64,000 bases of DNA from Planctomycetota bacterium (GTDB taxonomy: Bacteria; Planctomycetota; SZUA-567; H5-PLA8): positions 1 to 64,000 of the forward strand of contig JBBRPR010000034.1 of assembly GCA_038227875.1 (NCBI GenBank), written 5' to 3'. The position numbers and the translations under genes were made by a program. The notes beneath the pieces are model-generated. The model worked only from the letters and a program-made list of their open reading frames with translations. It did no database searches and was not told the DNA's origin. Positions 9,806-21,600 of the stretch are shown in pieces. The number at the start of each line of letters is the position of its first letter. Position 1 is the first letter of the stretch.

Positions 9806-9825
9806 TATTCAGTTGTCAGAGAACA
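9806..9825 (-). promoter_or_regulatory. boxA-like Nus antitermination element
   Basis: Minus strand TGTTCTCTGACAACTGAATA resembles rrn boxA (TGCTCTTTAACAA) and lies ~20 nt downstream of a strong promoter. Confidence 0.5.
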
Positions 9826-9843
9826 GTTTTGCACCAGTTAATA

Positions 9844-9872
9844 ACAATACACCGTTAAATGCGGTTTGTCAA
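9844..9872 (-). promoter_or_regulatory. Near-consensus sigma70 promoter
   Basis: Minus strand TTGACA-N17-TATTGT. Confidence 0.7.
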
Positions 9873-9954
9873 TAATGATTTATGACTAAATATGATGAAA
9901 ACGGTGCGTCGCGAGTTAACGTGACAACGGCTGTGAACCGCGGTACTTACGGAC

Positions 9955-10347
9955 CTATTTCGTCAAATCGAAGCACGTCAGTGAATTGTTGTAGCGGATG
10001 TACAGCTTGCCGCGGGCGACGACGGGCACGGTCCAGCAGGGCGCGCCACCGTAGGTCGCGGGAGAGTTCACGTGCGTAAACCATCGATCCAGCTTGATGG
10101 CGCCTTTCCATTCCGTGATTTTCTTGAAGCCTGCGGGAGACGGATCGAGCAACCACAGGTCGCCTCCATAGGTCAGACACAGCAGGCATCCGTCCACTTC
10201 CAAAATCGACCCGCAGCCGGTTTTCTTCTCACTCCACTTTTCCAGTCCGGTCTTCAGATCCACGCACTGGAATCCACTGTTGAAAGAACTGTAGAGACCA
10301 TCGGCCGGATGGAAAGTGGGTCTATGTTGCGCTTTTCGGACGAGACC
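9955..10347 (-). pseudogene. 3' fragment of a PQQ-like (BamB-type) beta-propeller gene
   Basis: FQCVDLKTG.EKW, GSILEVDG.L and CWTVPVVARGKLYIR...LTCFDL are the terminal blades of planctomycete PQQ propellers. An in-frame TGA lies at 10348-10350 and there is no signal peptide. Confidence 0.75.
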
Positions 10348-10558
10348 TCAGCGTCAAGAATTGCTTCGGCATTTTTAAACGCGATCTGGCGACAGGCGAT
10401 CTGACGCTGGAAAGAACCGGGAGCTTCTCCCGATCGGAATATCGCCCGACAAAGGCTGGGTGTACTTTTTACTACACCGCGCTTGGCGATCCGTTTCCAC
10501 CTTTTTCTAATAAAGTTTTTTTAATGCAATGTACAATCTACAAAATCGTCGGTGCGGG

Positions 10559-10846
10559 TCAGTCATAGTCGCTTTCAGTAAATCCAAGCGCCTGAATTGC
10601 GGTCGTATCAGCAAGCTCGAACTGATTGAGTTTCGAATTCCCGCAGTGGGGGCACGGTGTCTGGGGATCCGTCGGGATTGCGTCGTTCTTCGTGACGGCT
10701 CGTGGATCTGGGAAGGCGCATCCTTCTTCTTCGCATTGAATGACGAGTTTCGTGCAGACCGGGCAAGCGATGAAGGCCAGGCAACTCCCCTGCCCGCAGG
10801 TTGGGCAGGTTCGTTTGAGTCGCCAGGTTGGTCTGCGGATGTTCAC
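10559..10846 (-). CDS. Small Cys-rich (zinc-binding) hypothetical protein
   Basis: 95 aa with CPTC, CPVC, CEEEG and CPHC motifs; co-oriented downstream of the DUF2716 gene. Confidence 0.65.
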   Translation of the reverse strand: MNIRRPTWRLKRTCPTCGQGSCLAFIACPVCTKLVIQCEEEGCAFPDPRAVTKNDAIPTDPQTPCPHCGNSKLNQFELADTTAIQALGFTESDYD

Positions 10847-10872
10847 GCCAGGTACCCTCGAATTGTTGCTAT

Positions 10873-11862
10873 TTATAAACGCCGATTATCGCGAATGGGT
10901 TTTCCGAAAAACGAACAGGCATCCTCAAAAAGCGCGTCGATCAGGTTGTCGCCGAAGACGATCAGCTCTGGCCGCTTGCACATTCGATACATGCATTTTC
11001 CAAATGTGCCGAATGTAAAATCGTTGGATATAAAAAAATAACTATCGTTATCAGGAAGAACAGGAACTGCACAGTTTTTCGTGGATGGGAATGGATTATC
11101 GATGTGCGGGTCGAAAAAGTAGCAGGTGTGATTCCAGTCCAGCACGTTTATTCGTTCGCCGCTCGGAGTTAACGCGCGGAACGCTCGAAAGACGCGCGCG
11201 GTAAAGTCAGTCTCAAGAGGACGACGCTCCGCATCGGTCATTTTGCAGAACGATGCGACTCGCCACACGCACGACGGTACCGGGTCTGGTATTTTCCCGT
11301 ATCCATGCGGGTTTGTATTAAACGTGGCTCCAAATCTGGCCCACAACGGATCGTGGTGAGAATCGTCGATTACTTCCCAGCCATATCCGCTTAACACCCG
11401 GCGCCATGTCGAGATTTCGAGTTGACGATAGTCCACTTCTGAAAGAGGCGTGATTCGGGAATCTTTGAGCAGATCATCATCAGGGGGCCACTCACTGACA
11501 GGTCTGGCTTGATTGAGAATATCAACCAGTACTCGTACAGCCGACACCTCGTCGATTACACGATAGATGAAACAGACTCTCGCGGGATTCGCCTTTACCC
11601 AGACGGCTGGATTCAGTTTAAAATAGAAGCCATGTGACTTCTTGAAAATGAGCAGGTGTGGTTTTCTTCGAGCCCTCGCGGCTTCCATCGACAACGGCCA
11701 TGGACATAGAACCTCGATGGCACCAACTTGAGGCAACTCATTAACGACAAAGCCGGCGCGTGTCAGTTCGTCCGACACGCTTTTGAACTGCGGCATCTGA
11801 TTTGAATAATCAGCTCTCATAGTGCTCCGACTAAACATAGTGAAATTAGAGTTAATCCACAA
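10873..11862 (-). CDS. DUF2716-domain protein with N-terminal extension
   Basis: C-terminal half W.RF...F, P.PS..W, GE....LDWNH.CY.FDP, VPVLPD.D.YFF...DF.FG.FG...VFG matches DUF2716. Low GC; start uncertain. Confidence 0.7.
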   Translation of the reverse strand: MWINSNFTMFSRSTMRADYSNQMPQFKSVSDELTRAGFVVNELPQVGAIEVLCPWPLSMEAARARRKPHLLIFKKSHGFYFKLNPAVWVKANPARVCFIYRVIDEVSAVRVLVDILNQARPVSEWPPDDDLLKDSRITPLSEVDYRQLEISTWRRVLSGYGWEVIDDSHHDPLWARFGATFNTNPHGYGKIPDPVPSCVWRVASFCKMTDAERRPLETDFTARVFRAFRALTPSGERINVLDWNHTCYFFDPHIDNPFPSTKNCAVPVLPDNDSYFFISNDFTFGTFGKCMYRMCKRPELIVFGDNLIDALFEDACSFFGKPIRDNRRL

Positions 11863-12036
11863 CTCTTTCAGAGTGGAAGCAGCGTCGTATCGCGGACGAG
11901 CGGCTCTCTATTAACTCCTCCCAGCCACTTGCACCTGATTTGCTGGCCTATACATTTTGTACGGCACTCACGCTGGGCGGAGGGCCGTTCCTTGTGAGTT
12001 TCGTCCTGCGGCGTTTATTTTCGAAAGGAGCAGACC

Positions 12037-12402
12037 ATGGGTATTCAAACCGTTGCGCAGAAGTTTGTGAAGATGTGCCGGGAGGGTAAGAATTTTGACG
12101 TGATGCGGACGTTGTACGCGCCGAATATCGTCTCCGTTGAAGGTGACGGCAAGGAAACCAGCGGGCAGGGACCGGTTATCAAGAAATCAGAGGACTGGGT
12201 TTCCGACAAGACGTTCCACGGCGAGACGGTCGCGGGTCCCTTCTACAACGGCGCGAACCCGGATCAGTTCGTCGTCTTCTTTACGCTGGATATCACGCCG
12301 AAAGCGACGGGCAAACGCGTCGCCCGGGAAGAAGTCGCCGTGTATACGGTCAAGGGCGACCTGATCACGCGCGAGCAGTTCTTCTATGATGGCGAACATT
12401 GA
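12037..12402 (+). CDS. SnoaL-like / NTF2-like protein
   Basis: 121 aa with V..CR.G, LYAPNIVSVE and EEVAVYTVK...I.REQFFY; strong RBS AAGGAG. Confidence 0.88.
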   Translation: MGIQTVAQKFVKMCREGKNFDVMRTLYAPNIVSVEGDGKETSGQGPVIKKSEDWVSDKTFHGETVAGPFYNGANPDQFVVFFTLDITPKATGKRVAREEVAVYTVKGDLITREQFFYDGEH

Positions 12403-12443
12403 TTCAACGCGTTGAACAACGATGGTCTGATGGATTCAAATAG

Positions 12444-12482
12444 AACGCGAGCGCTGCCGAAGGGCAGCGCTCGCGTTTTTTT
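12444..12482 (+). terminator. Rho-independent terminator
   Basis: AACGCGAGCGCTGCC-GAAG-GGCAGCGCTCGCGTT followed by a T-run, between convergent genes. Confidence 0.85.
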
Positions 12483-12581
12483 ATGGCTGGGGCTTTGAGC
12501 AGTCGGGACGTCTCCGAACGGTGCTTCGCGGTAGAGATTGCGCGACTCGAGAAGCTTACTTCTCCGGCCTTGGGTGATGTT

Positions 12582-12605
12582 GTACGGGCGGGACGCCCGT
12601 ACTAC
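12582..12605 (-). repeat. GTAG-type REP-like hairpin (same family as 56463-56539)
   Basis: Minus strand GTAGTACGGGCGTCCCGCCCGTAC: GTAG tetramer at the foot of a GGCGTCCCGCC hairpin. Confidence 0.65.
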
Positions 12606-12609
12606 GAAA

Positions 12610-15600
12610 CTACTTGCCGACCACGTTGGCTCCGGTGGTGGTCACGTTCAGGGTCACGGTTCCGGCGTAATCGGCTCCGCCGAAGTTGATCGTGATGGGA
12701 ATCGTGGCCTTGCCGCTGCCGCCCGCGGGAACTCCGGCGGCCACCAGCACGCTGCTGAGGTTGGCGCTGATTTTCGCGGTGAACGGCGCGACCGACGTGC
12801 GCTTGCCGAACTTGAAGGAGCTCGGCGAGGCGGTGCCGGAACCCTTGGCGTTGAGCGTGAACGTCTTGCTGACGCTGCCGATCGAAATCGTCAGCGGCCC
12901 GGAGAGGCTGGTGACGGTCGCCGGCAGGGCCAGCGAGCCGCCGAGCGAGAGGACGTCCTTGCCCAGCGACGGGTTCTTGCCCTTCAGCGCGGCCTTGACG
13001 ATCGTGATCGTGCCGGGCGGAGTGGCGGCGGCGGCGACGGTCACCGTGGTGGTGCTCTTGATGGTGTTGCCCTGCGTGTCGAACATCGTCGCGGTGATCG
13101 TGTAGACCTGCGGCGTGGTGTAGGTGTGCGTCGCGCTGGCTCCGCCGGCGGCCGGAGAACCGTCGCCGAAGTCCCAACTCACCGTCAACGCCACGCCACT
13201 GGGGTCGACTCCGGCAACCGTCGCGGTGACCACTTGGCCAACCTTCGCGGGGTTGGGTGTCGCTGTCGCGGCGCTGGTGACGACCAGCTTGCCCTTCACC
13301 AGATACGTGACGGCATTGGAGACACCGCCGCCGGGCGTCGGGCTGGCGACGGTGATCGCGAAGGAACCGGCGGCCGTCAAGCTCGCGGCCGGGATGGTGG
13401 CGGTCAGTTGCGTCGCGCTGACGAAGGTGGTCGTCAGGCTGATGCCGCCGAACTGGATCTTCGACGCGCTGACGAAGTTGACGCCCGAGACGGTGATGGC
13501 AGTCGCGGCATCGCCGGCGGTGGCGGTGAGCGGCGAGACGTCGGTCAGCACCGGCGCGGGGTTGTCGATGCTGAAGTTCGCCGCGGCCGAGGTACCTCCA
13601 CCCGGCGCGGGATTGACGACGGTGATCGAGGCTGTACCGGCGGCGCTGAGGTCGCCGGCGGGGATGACGACGATCAGCAGCGTGGAGTTGATGAACGCGG
13701 TCGGGCGGCTGACGCCGTTGAAGTTGACCGTGGCCGTGGGGGCAAAGCCGGTGCCGTTGAGCATGATGTTGAGGCCTGCGGTGCCCACGAGCGTCGACGA
13801 GGGGCTGACGCTGGTGATGACGGGAACGGCGTTGGGCGCCGTGACGTCGAGGGTGGCGGCCGACGAGGTGCCGCCGCCCGGACCCGGGTTGAAGACCGTC
13901 ACCGCGTTGGCCTTGACCACGGCCAGATCGGCGGTGGTGATCGCGGCGGTGATCTGCGTCGAGGAGACAAACGTGGTGACGCGGGCCAGGCCGTTCCACT
14001 GGCAGACCGAACCGGCGACGAAGTTGGAGCCGGTGATGGTCAGCGTGAAGCCGGAAGCGCCCTGTGTCGCGGTGGTCTGGCTCAGGTTACTGATCGACGG
14101 TGCCGGGTTGAGGACGGTGAACGTCGCCGCCGAAGAGAGGCCGCCGGAGGGGAGCGGGTTGAAGACGGTGACGAGCACCGATCCGGCGCTGGCGATGCTG
14201 GCGGCGGAGATCGACGCGGTCAGTTGCGTGGAGGAGACGAACGCCGTGGTCAGGTTGGTGCCATTCCATTGAATCACGGCACCGGTGGCGAAGTTCGAGC
14301 CGTTGACGGTCAGGGTAAATCCGGCCGAACCGGCGGTGATGAACGCGGGCGTCAGGCCGGAGATGGCCGGCGTGGCGGGATTGTTGATGGTGAACGTTGC
14401 GGCCGACGACGTGCCTCCGGCGGGCGCGGGATTGGTGACGGTGACCGAAGCCGATCCGCCCGTGGCGATGTCCGCGGCCGGGATGGTGGCGACCAACTGC
14501 GTGCTGCTGGAGAAGATGGTCGTGCGCGCGGAGCCGTTCCAGTAGACGACGGAGCCGGGGACGAAGCCGGTGCCGGTGAGGGTCAGGCTGAAGCCGCTGC
14601 CGCCGGCGGTGGCGCTGGCGGGATTGAGCTGGGTGATGGCCGGCGCGGGATTGTTGACGGTGATCAGCGCCGTGGCCGTGGCGGAGTTGTAGTTGGCCGT
14701 GTCGGTCGGGGTGAAAGTTGTGGACAACGTTTGACCGACGCCGGCGTTGAGCACGGTGCCCGACGGAGGCGCGTAGGCGAACGATCCGGCCGTGGCGCTG
14801 GTGGCGTTGAGTTCGGTGCTGCTGAGCGCTGTGCCATAGGTGATAGGCGAGGGATTCGCCCACGTGATCGCCGGCGTGGCCTTGGCGATGAAGAGCACGG
14901 CGTTGGTCGAGCCGGTGTAATTTGTGTCGTTGATCGTGACGAGCACATTATAGGTGCCCGCGTTGGTTGGCGCGGTGACGGAACCGTTGTAGAGAATCGT
15001 CGCCGTCGCGGCGAGCGACGCGGGCGATGTGGTCACGGTGATGGGCTTGGGGTTGCCGTCGTAGGTGACGCTCAGACCGCTGAGCGTGAACGTGGGAGGT
15101 GCAGCTTTCTGGACGGTCAACTGCACGCTGGCTGTCGCTCCGGTGAAGTTAGTCGTGTCGGTAGGAGCAAACGTTGCGGTCAACGTCTGCACTCCGGCAT
15201 TGAGTACTGCGCCGGAGACGGGCAAGTACGTGAACGAGCCGGGGGTGCTGGCGGTGGCATTGAGCTGGGTGTTGTCCAAGGCGGTGCCGTAGACGATGGG
15301 CAGCGGCGTGGCCCAGGTGATGGTCGGTGTGGCCATAAGGACGTTGATCTTCGCGGTGGCCGTGACGGCGGCGTAGTTGGTGAGGTCTGACGGCGTGAAC
15401 GTCACGGACAAGAGCTGGCCGCTTCCGGCGTTCAGGACGGTTCCGGCCGCGGGCGTGTATGCGAACGTTCCGGCGACGCCGCCGCTGGTGGCGTTCAACT
15501 GCGTGGAGCTCAGCGCGGTGCCGTAGGTGATGTCGGCGGGGTTGTTCCATGTGATCGTCGGCGTGGTGACGAGCACGTTGATCGTCGTGGTCTTGGTGAC

Positions 15601-18600
15601 GGATGCGTAGTTGACGCTGTCTGTCGGCGTGAACGTCACGGACAAGCTCTGGGCGTTACCGACGGTCAGAACAGTTCCTGCCGCTGGCGTGTAGGCGAAC
15701 GAACCGGGCAGACCGCCGCTGGTGGCGTTCAACTGCGTGGCGCTGAGCGCGGTGCCGTAGGTGATGTCGGCGGGCGTCGGCCACGTGATGGTCGGCGTGG
15801 CCTTGTTTACATCGATCGTCACGGACTTCGTGGCGGTGGTGTAGTTGGTCGTGTCGGTCGGCGTGAACGTCGTCGTCAGCGTCTGGTTTGCGCCGGCGTT
15901 TAGCACGATGCCCGCCAGCGGGTTGTAGACGAACGAGCCTGACGCCACGCTGCTGCTGGCGTTGAGTTCCGTCGTGCTGAGCGCGGTGCCGTATGTGATC
16001 GCCGAAGGATTCGACCACGTAATAATGGGCGTGGCCTTGGCGATGTTGAGCACGGCGTTCGTTGTGCTGGCGTAGTCCAAGTCGTTGATCGTGACCAGCA
16101 CGTTGTACGTGCCAGCGGTGGTCGGGGCGGAGCTCGATCCGTTGTAGAGCACGGTGGTGTTCAGCGGCGAGGGCGTGGTCGTCACGGTGATCGGCTTGGG
16201 CGAGCCGTCGTAGATCGCATTGAGGCCGCCGAGCGTGACCACAGGCGACGCCTTGAGCACGTTCAGTTGGACGGTGGCCGTGGCGGTCGTGTAGTTGGTC
16301 GTGTCGGTCGGATCGAACGTCACCGTCAGCGTTTGCACGCCGGCGTGGAGGATCGCCCCGAAGTCTGGCGCGTACGTAAATGACCCGCCGGTGCTGGCGC
16401 CAGCGTTGAGCTGCGTTGCGGTCAGCGCGGTGCCGTAGGTAATCGAAACGGGTGTCGCCCAGGTGATGGTGGGCGTGGCCTTATTGACGTTGATCTTCGC
16501 GGTGGCCGTGACGGTGGGATAATTGGTGTCTGTCGGTGTGAACGTCACCGACAAGAGTTGACCACTCGCGGCGTTCAGGACGGTTCCGCTCGGCGGCGTG
16601 TAGACGAACGCTCCGGCGATTCCGCCGCTGGTGGCGTTCAACTGCGTGGAGCTCAGCGCGGTGCCGTAGGTGATGTCGGCGGGGTTGTTCCATGTGATCG
16701 TCGGTGTGGTGACGAGCACGTTGATTGTCGTGGTCTTCGTGACGGATGCGTAGTTGACGCTGTCTGTCGGCGTGAACGTCACCGACAAGCCCTGCGCGTT
16801 GCCGACGCCCAAGACTGTTCCGGCCGCGGGCGTGTAGACGAACGAACCGGGCAGACCGCCGCTGGTGGCGTTCAACTGCGTGGCGCTGAGCACGGTGCCG
16901 TAGTTGATGTCGGCGGGCGTCGGCCACGTGATGGTCGGCGTGGCTTTGTTGACATCGATCGTCACGGACTTCGTGGCGGTGGTGTAGTTGGTCGTGTCGG
17001 TCGGCGTGAACGTCGTCGTCAGCGTCTGGTTCGCGCCGGCGTTGAGCACGATGCCCGCCAGCGGATTGTAGACGAACGAACCAGCGGCCACGCTGCTGGT
17101 GGCGTTGAGTTCGGTTGTGCTGCTGAGGGCGGTACCGTACGTGATCGCCGCGGGATTCGACCACGTAATAATGGGCGTGGCCTTGGCAATGTTGAGCACG
17201 GCGTTGGTGGTGCTGGCGTAATCCAGATCGTTGATCGTGACCAGCACGTTGTACGTGCCGGCGGTGGTCGGCGCTGTGCTCGAGCCGTTGTAGAGCACGG
17301 TGGTCGCCAGCGGTGACGGGGTGGTCGTTACGGTAATCGGCTTGGGCGAGCCGTCGTAGATCACGTTGAGTCCGCTGAGCGTGACCACAGGCGATGCCTT
17401 GAGCACGTTCAGTTGGACGGTGGCCGTGGCGCTTGTGTAGTTGTTCGTGTCGGTCGGATTGAACGTCACCGAGAGCGTTTGCACGCCGGCGTCGAGGATC
17501 GTAGTCGCGGGTGGCAAGTAGATGTACGATCCGGCGGTGCTGGCGACGGCGTTAAGCTGCGTCGCGCTGAGCGGCGTGCCGTAGGTGATCGAAACCGGCG
17601 TCGGCCAGGAGATCGTGGGCGTGCGCTTGCTTACCGTCAACGTCGCGGGCGCGGAGGTGCCGCCCAGCGTGGTCACGGTGACGGGGACGCTTCCGGCGTT
17701 CGCCAATTCCGCGTCGGGCACGGTGACCGTGATCGACGTCGCGGAGATCGCGGACGGAACGATGGGTGTCGCCGCGCTGAACTTCACAGTTGTGCCAGCG
17801 GTGAAACCGGTGCCGGTGATCGTCAGCACCTGGCTGGTCGTTCCGGTGAACACGGTTGACGGGCTCAATGCGGAGATCGCCGGCACTGGGAGCTGCGCGG
17901 TGAACGTGGCCTTGGCCGAGGCGGTGCCGCCGTTGCCGTCGGAGATCGTGTAGTTCACGCTGTCGGTCGTGGTGAAGTTGAGATCGGGCGTGTAGAGGAT
18001 GCGGTCGTTGGTGGCGTTGAGCACCGCGCTGCCGTGGGCGGGCTGCGTGATCGCGGTGATGGTCAGTGTTTCGCCGGATTCCGTCGTGTCGTTGGCCAGC
18101 ACATCGGCGATGAAGGGTGCGCTGCCGAACGGCGTGGTGAAGGAATCGTTGACGGCGACCGGAGGCGCGTTGACCGTCAGCACGACGGTGTTGGAGGCGA
18201 CGCTGTTGGTGAGCAGTGAGACGGTCTTGGTTCCGGCGGTGGCCGCGACGGTGGCGGGCACGACGGCGTAGACTTCCGTCGTGCTGACATATGTGGTGGA
18301 GACGGCCGTGCCGTTGATTAGCACGGAGGTGCCGGCGGTCATCTGCGCCGACGTGTCCGTGATGTCCAGCAGGAACGATCCGGAATTCTGCTGAACGTGC
18401 GCCGGGTTGATGCTGGTGATGTTCGGCGTGCCCGTAGGATTGATGGTGAAACTGGCGCTCAACTGCGGCGTCAGTCCTGACGAAACCGCGCGCAGGTTGT
18501 AGGTACCGGCTTTGTTCACGCCCAAGTCGTTGAAGCGGATCACGCCGTTGGTCGCGAAGATCGTCGTGGTGCCGATCAGGGACGCGAAGTTGGTGTTGTT

Positions 18601-21600
18601 GAAGAGGAGCACTGTCACCGGCCCGTTGAAGCTCAGCGCGAGATTACCCTGCAGGTCGAGCGCCTGGATCACCGGCTGAGGCGCGAGCAGTTGATTGACC
18701 AGGCCGTCTCCCGGCGGCGTGACAAAGGTCAACTGCGTGGCCAGGCCGTAGAGGGGCGAGGGGAACGGCTGGAATCCGATCTGAGCGGGGAACTGGTCGG
18801 CACCGTTGCCGAGCCATTCGCTGTAGGTCTTGCCGAGACCGGTGACGTTCGAGCCCAGACCGGCGAGGTTGTTCACCGAATCGTACGGGCCGGAGGAATC
18901 GCCCCAGAAGTTGAGCGTGGCGTCGAGCACGCTGGTGGAGGTGTTGAGCAGACCGTCCTGACTGAAGGACTGGATCGAGTTGGAATTGACCTTCACTGTT
19001 GAGGACGTCGCGCCTTGAACGCTGACGCCCGCGCCGGAGTTCTGCAGCAGCTTGTTGTTCTTGATGGTGGTTGTGTTGTTGCCGCCGAGCAGCGTCACGG
19101 CCGCCACCGAGCAGCTCTGAATTTCGTTGCTGTCGATCGTCGCGCCGGTGACGTTTGGATCGAGCGAAATGCCGGAGGTACTGCCGCTTGCCGCGCCGGC
19201 GTTGAGCAGATTCGCGCGCACCGTGGCGGAGTTGCTGGAGACCTGGACGGCAATGCCGCCGCTGAAGCCGTTGATGATGTTATTGGACAGCGTCGCCGAC
19301 GTATCCGCGAACTGCACGGAGACACCGACGGCCTTGCGGATGGTGAAGCCGTCGATGCTGGATCCCGTTCCGCTCGTGGCGACGAAGACCAGCGGCGATC
19401 CCTGGCCCGAGCCGTCGATGATCGACTCCCCCGCCCCGCTTGAGCGGCTCAGCGGATCGATGGTGTACTTCGCGCCGCGCAGGTCCACGGTCTTGTTCAG
19501 GGTGACGGTTTCGTTGTAGGCCGTGGTATTGGGCCAGACCTGAACGATGAAACCGGAGCCCGTGAGCAGGCCGGTGGCTTCGTCGATGAAATTGCCAGCG
19601 GTCTGCGGGCTGCCGTTCCAGACGTTCAGGAAGGTGAAGTCGCCCTGGAATCCCGCGACGCCGGTGTTTCCGTCAGCGCCGCTGTTGAGCCAGGGCGTGT
19701 AGTCGACGGCCGCGGAGACGGTGGCCGTCACGGCGGTTTGCGTGGTGAAGCCGAACCAGTTGCCCGAGGCATCGACGGTGGTCGCCGCCACGGTGGCGTT
19801 GTTGACGGCCTTGCCGCCGTTGCCGGAGAGTTTGTTGTTGAAAATCTTCGCGGTGACGAAGCCGTCGGAGTTCACCTTGGCGATCTTGATGCCGTCGCTG
19901 GCGTTGCCGGTGATGAAATTCTGTTCAGCACCATCGAGCGTACCACCGTCCACCGCCAGGACGCCGACGCCAAGCGTCGTGATGGTGTTCTGGAACAGTC
20001 CGGGCGCGCCGGTGGCGACGCCTTTGTTGGTCAAACGCACGCCGACGGTCAGGTTTCCGGTGATCGAATTCTGACCGGCGAACGCGGCGGCACCGTCGAT
20101 GTCGAGGCCGATGCCCGTTCCGGTGATGCTGTTGTTCGAAATCTGCGCGTTGGCGCTGGGTGCGTTGATTCCCTTCTGGTTCGTGTCGCGGACGCGGATG
20201 CCCGAGGTTACGGCCGATGTAATCGTGTTGCCTGTTCCGGAGCCGCCAACGGTGGCGGTCAAGCCGCCGCCGGGAGTTCCCAACTGCAGGATGTCGATGC
20301 CGCGGTCGAATCCGGTGATGGAGTTCGTGCCGATCACCGCGTCGCCGGCGGTCGTCGTACCGGGTCCGTTGTAGAGCAGAATGTCGGAGAGCGCGATGTC
20401 GACTGCGCGGCCGGTCGCGGCGCCGGCGGTGGCGTTCGTGGCGGTCAGGCTGTTGTTGGTGACGAAAACCAGACCCGTGCCGTTGCCATACAGGAAGATT
20501 CCGGAGTTGCCTTTCTGGCAGCTGATCGTGTTCGCATCCACGGTCACCGCTCCACCGCTGCTGAGCACGCCGATGCCGACATCCTTGCCGGTGCCGGCGG
20601 TTCCGAGGCTGACGGTGTTGCTCGACACGCTGACGGTACCTTGGCTGGAGTCGACGAGGATCGCGTAGAGGTCGTCGGTGTTGCCGGTGAGCGTGACCAA
20701 GTTGCCGAGCGTCGGAGCGCCGACGACGCTGCCCTTGGCGAGGTGCGCCAGCTTCAGGCCGCTGCCCGTGCCGCTGACGGTGTTGCTGTTGAACGTGCTG
20801 GGCAGCGTGGTGAGCGTTGCGTCCACATCAATTCCTGCCACGCTGGTTCCGGTGATGCTGTTGCCTATCACGGTGGAGTCGACGTGGGTGAGTTTCAGGC
20901 CCGTCGGCGTGGCGGAGATTGTGTTGCCGGTGACCGCCAGGCCGCTGCTGAGCACGGTGGTACTGAAGTCGACGGCGGAGGTGCCGATGTTCTTCAGCGT
21001 GTTCTGATTGATCGTCACGCCGTCCAATGCCGCCGCGCCGGGGGCAGAAATGGCGAAGTCGTAGGTCTTGCCCGCTGCGCCGCCGGAGCCATCGACGGTA
21101 AGATTCTGAATCGTCACCGCACCGCTGGAGAGCACGAACGCGCTTCCCGCTGCGGCGACGGGAACGACCTGGACGTTGCCGTTGCCCGGAGTCTGTCCAT
21201 CCAGGCTGACGGAGCGATCGACGGCGATGTTGGATTCGTCGTAGAAGCCGGTGCGGATGTCGATCGGACTGGGCGTCGCGCCGCCCGCGGCCGCGGCGAT
21301 GGCTTTGGCGAGACGGTCGAAGATGGCCTGGCCGTTGTTGCCAGCCAGTTGGGCAGTGGTGCCGTAGCCGACGAGCGCTCCGCGGTCGAACGTGTTGGCG
21401 GCGTAGAGCGCGCGAAGATTCGCAACCGAGCGCTGGAGATCCCAGAACTGGGCACCGAATCCGCTCACAGGCGGAGCGTTCTTGAAATTGTTGCCCGAAA
21501 TCGTTCCGGCCGATGCCGCGTCCAACTTGACGCGCGCCGTTACGCTGGCGGAGTTGGAGAAATCGTTGGTGGTGATCGCGCTGCCGTCGGCCTGCTGCAG

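Noticed and set aside
9505..9872. rRNA or tRNA gene following the boxA-like element
   Set aside because: No 16S/23S/5S conserved sequence or tRNA cloverleaf is recognisable here or elsewhere in the window.
14660..17628. Repeats as a CRISPR array or a DGR template/variable pair
   Set aside because: They are in-frame protein-domain repeats with no unique spacers, no adenine-specific mismatch pattern, and no cas or reverse transcriptase gene in the window.
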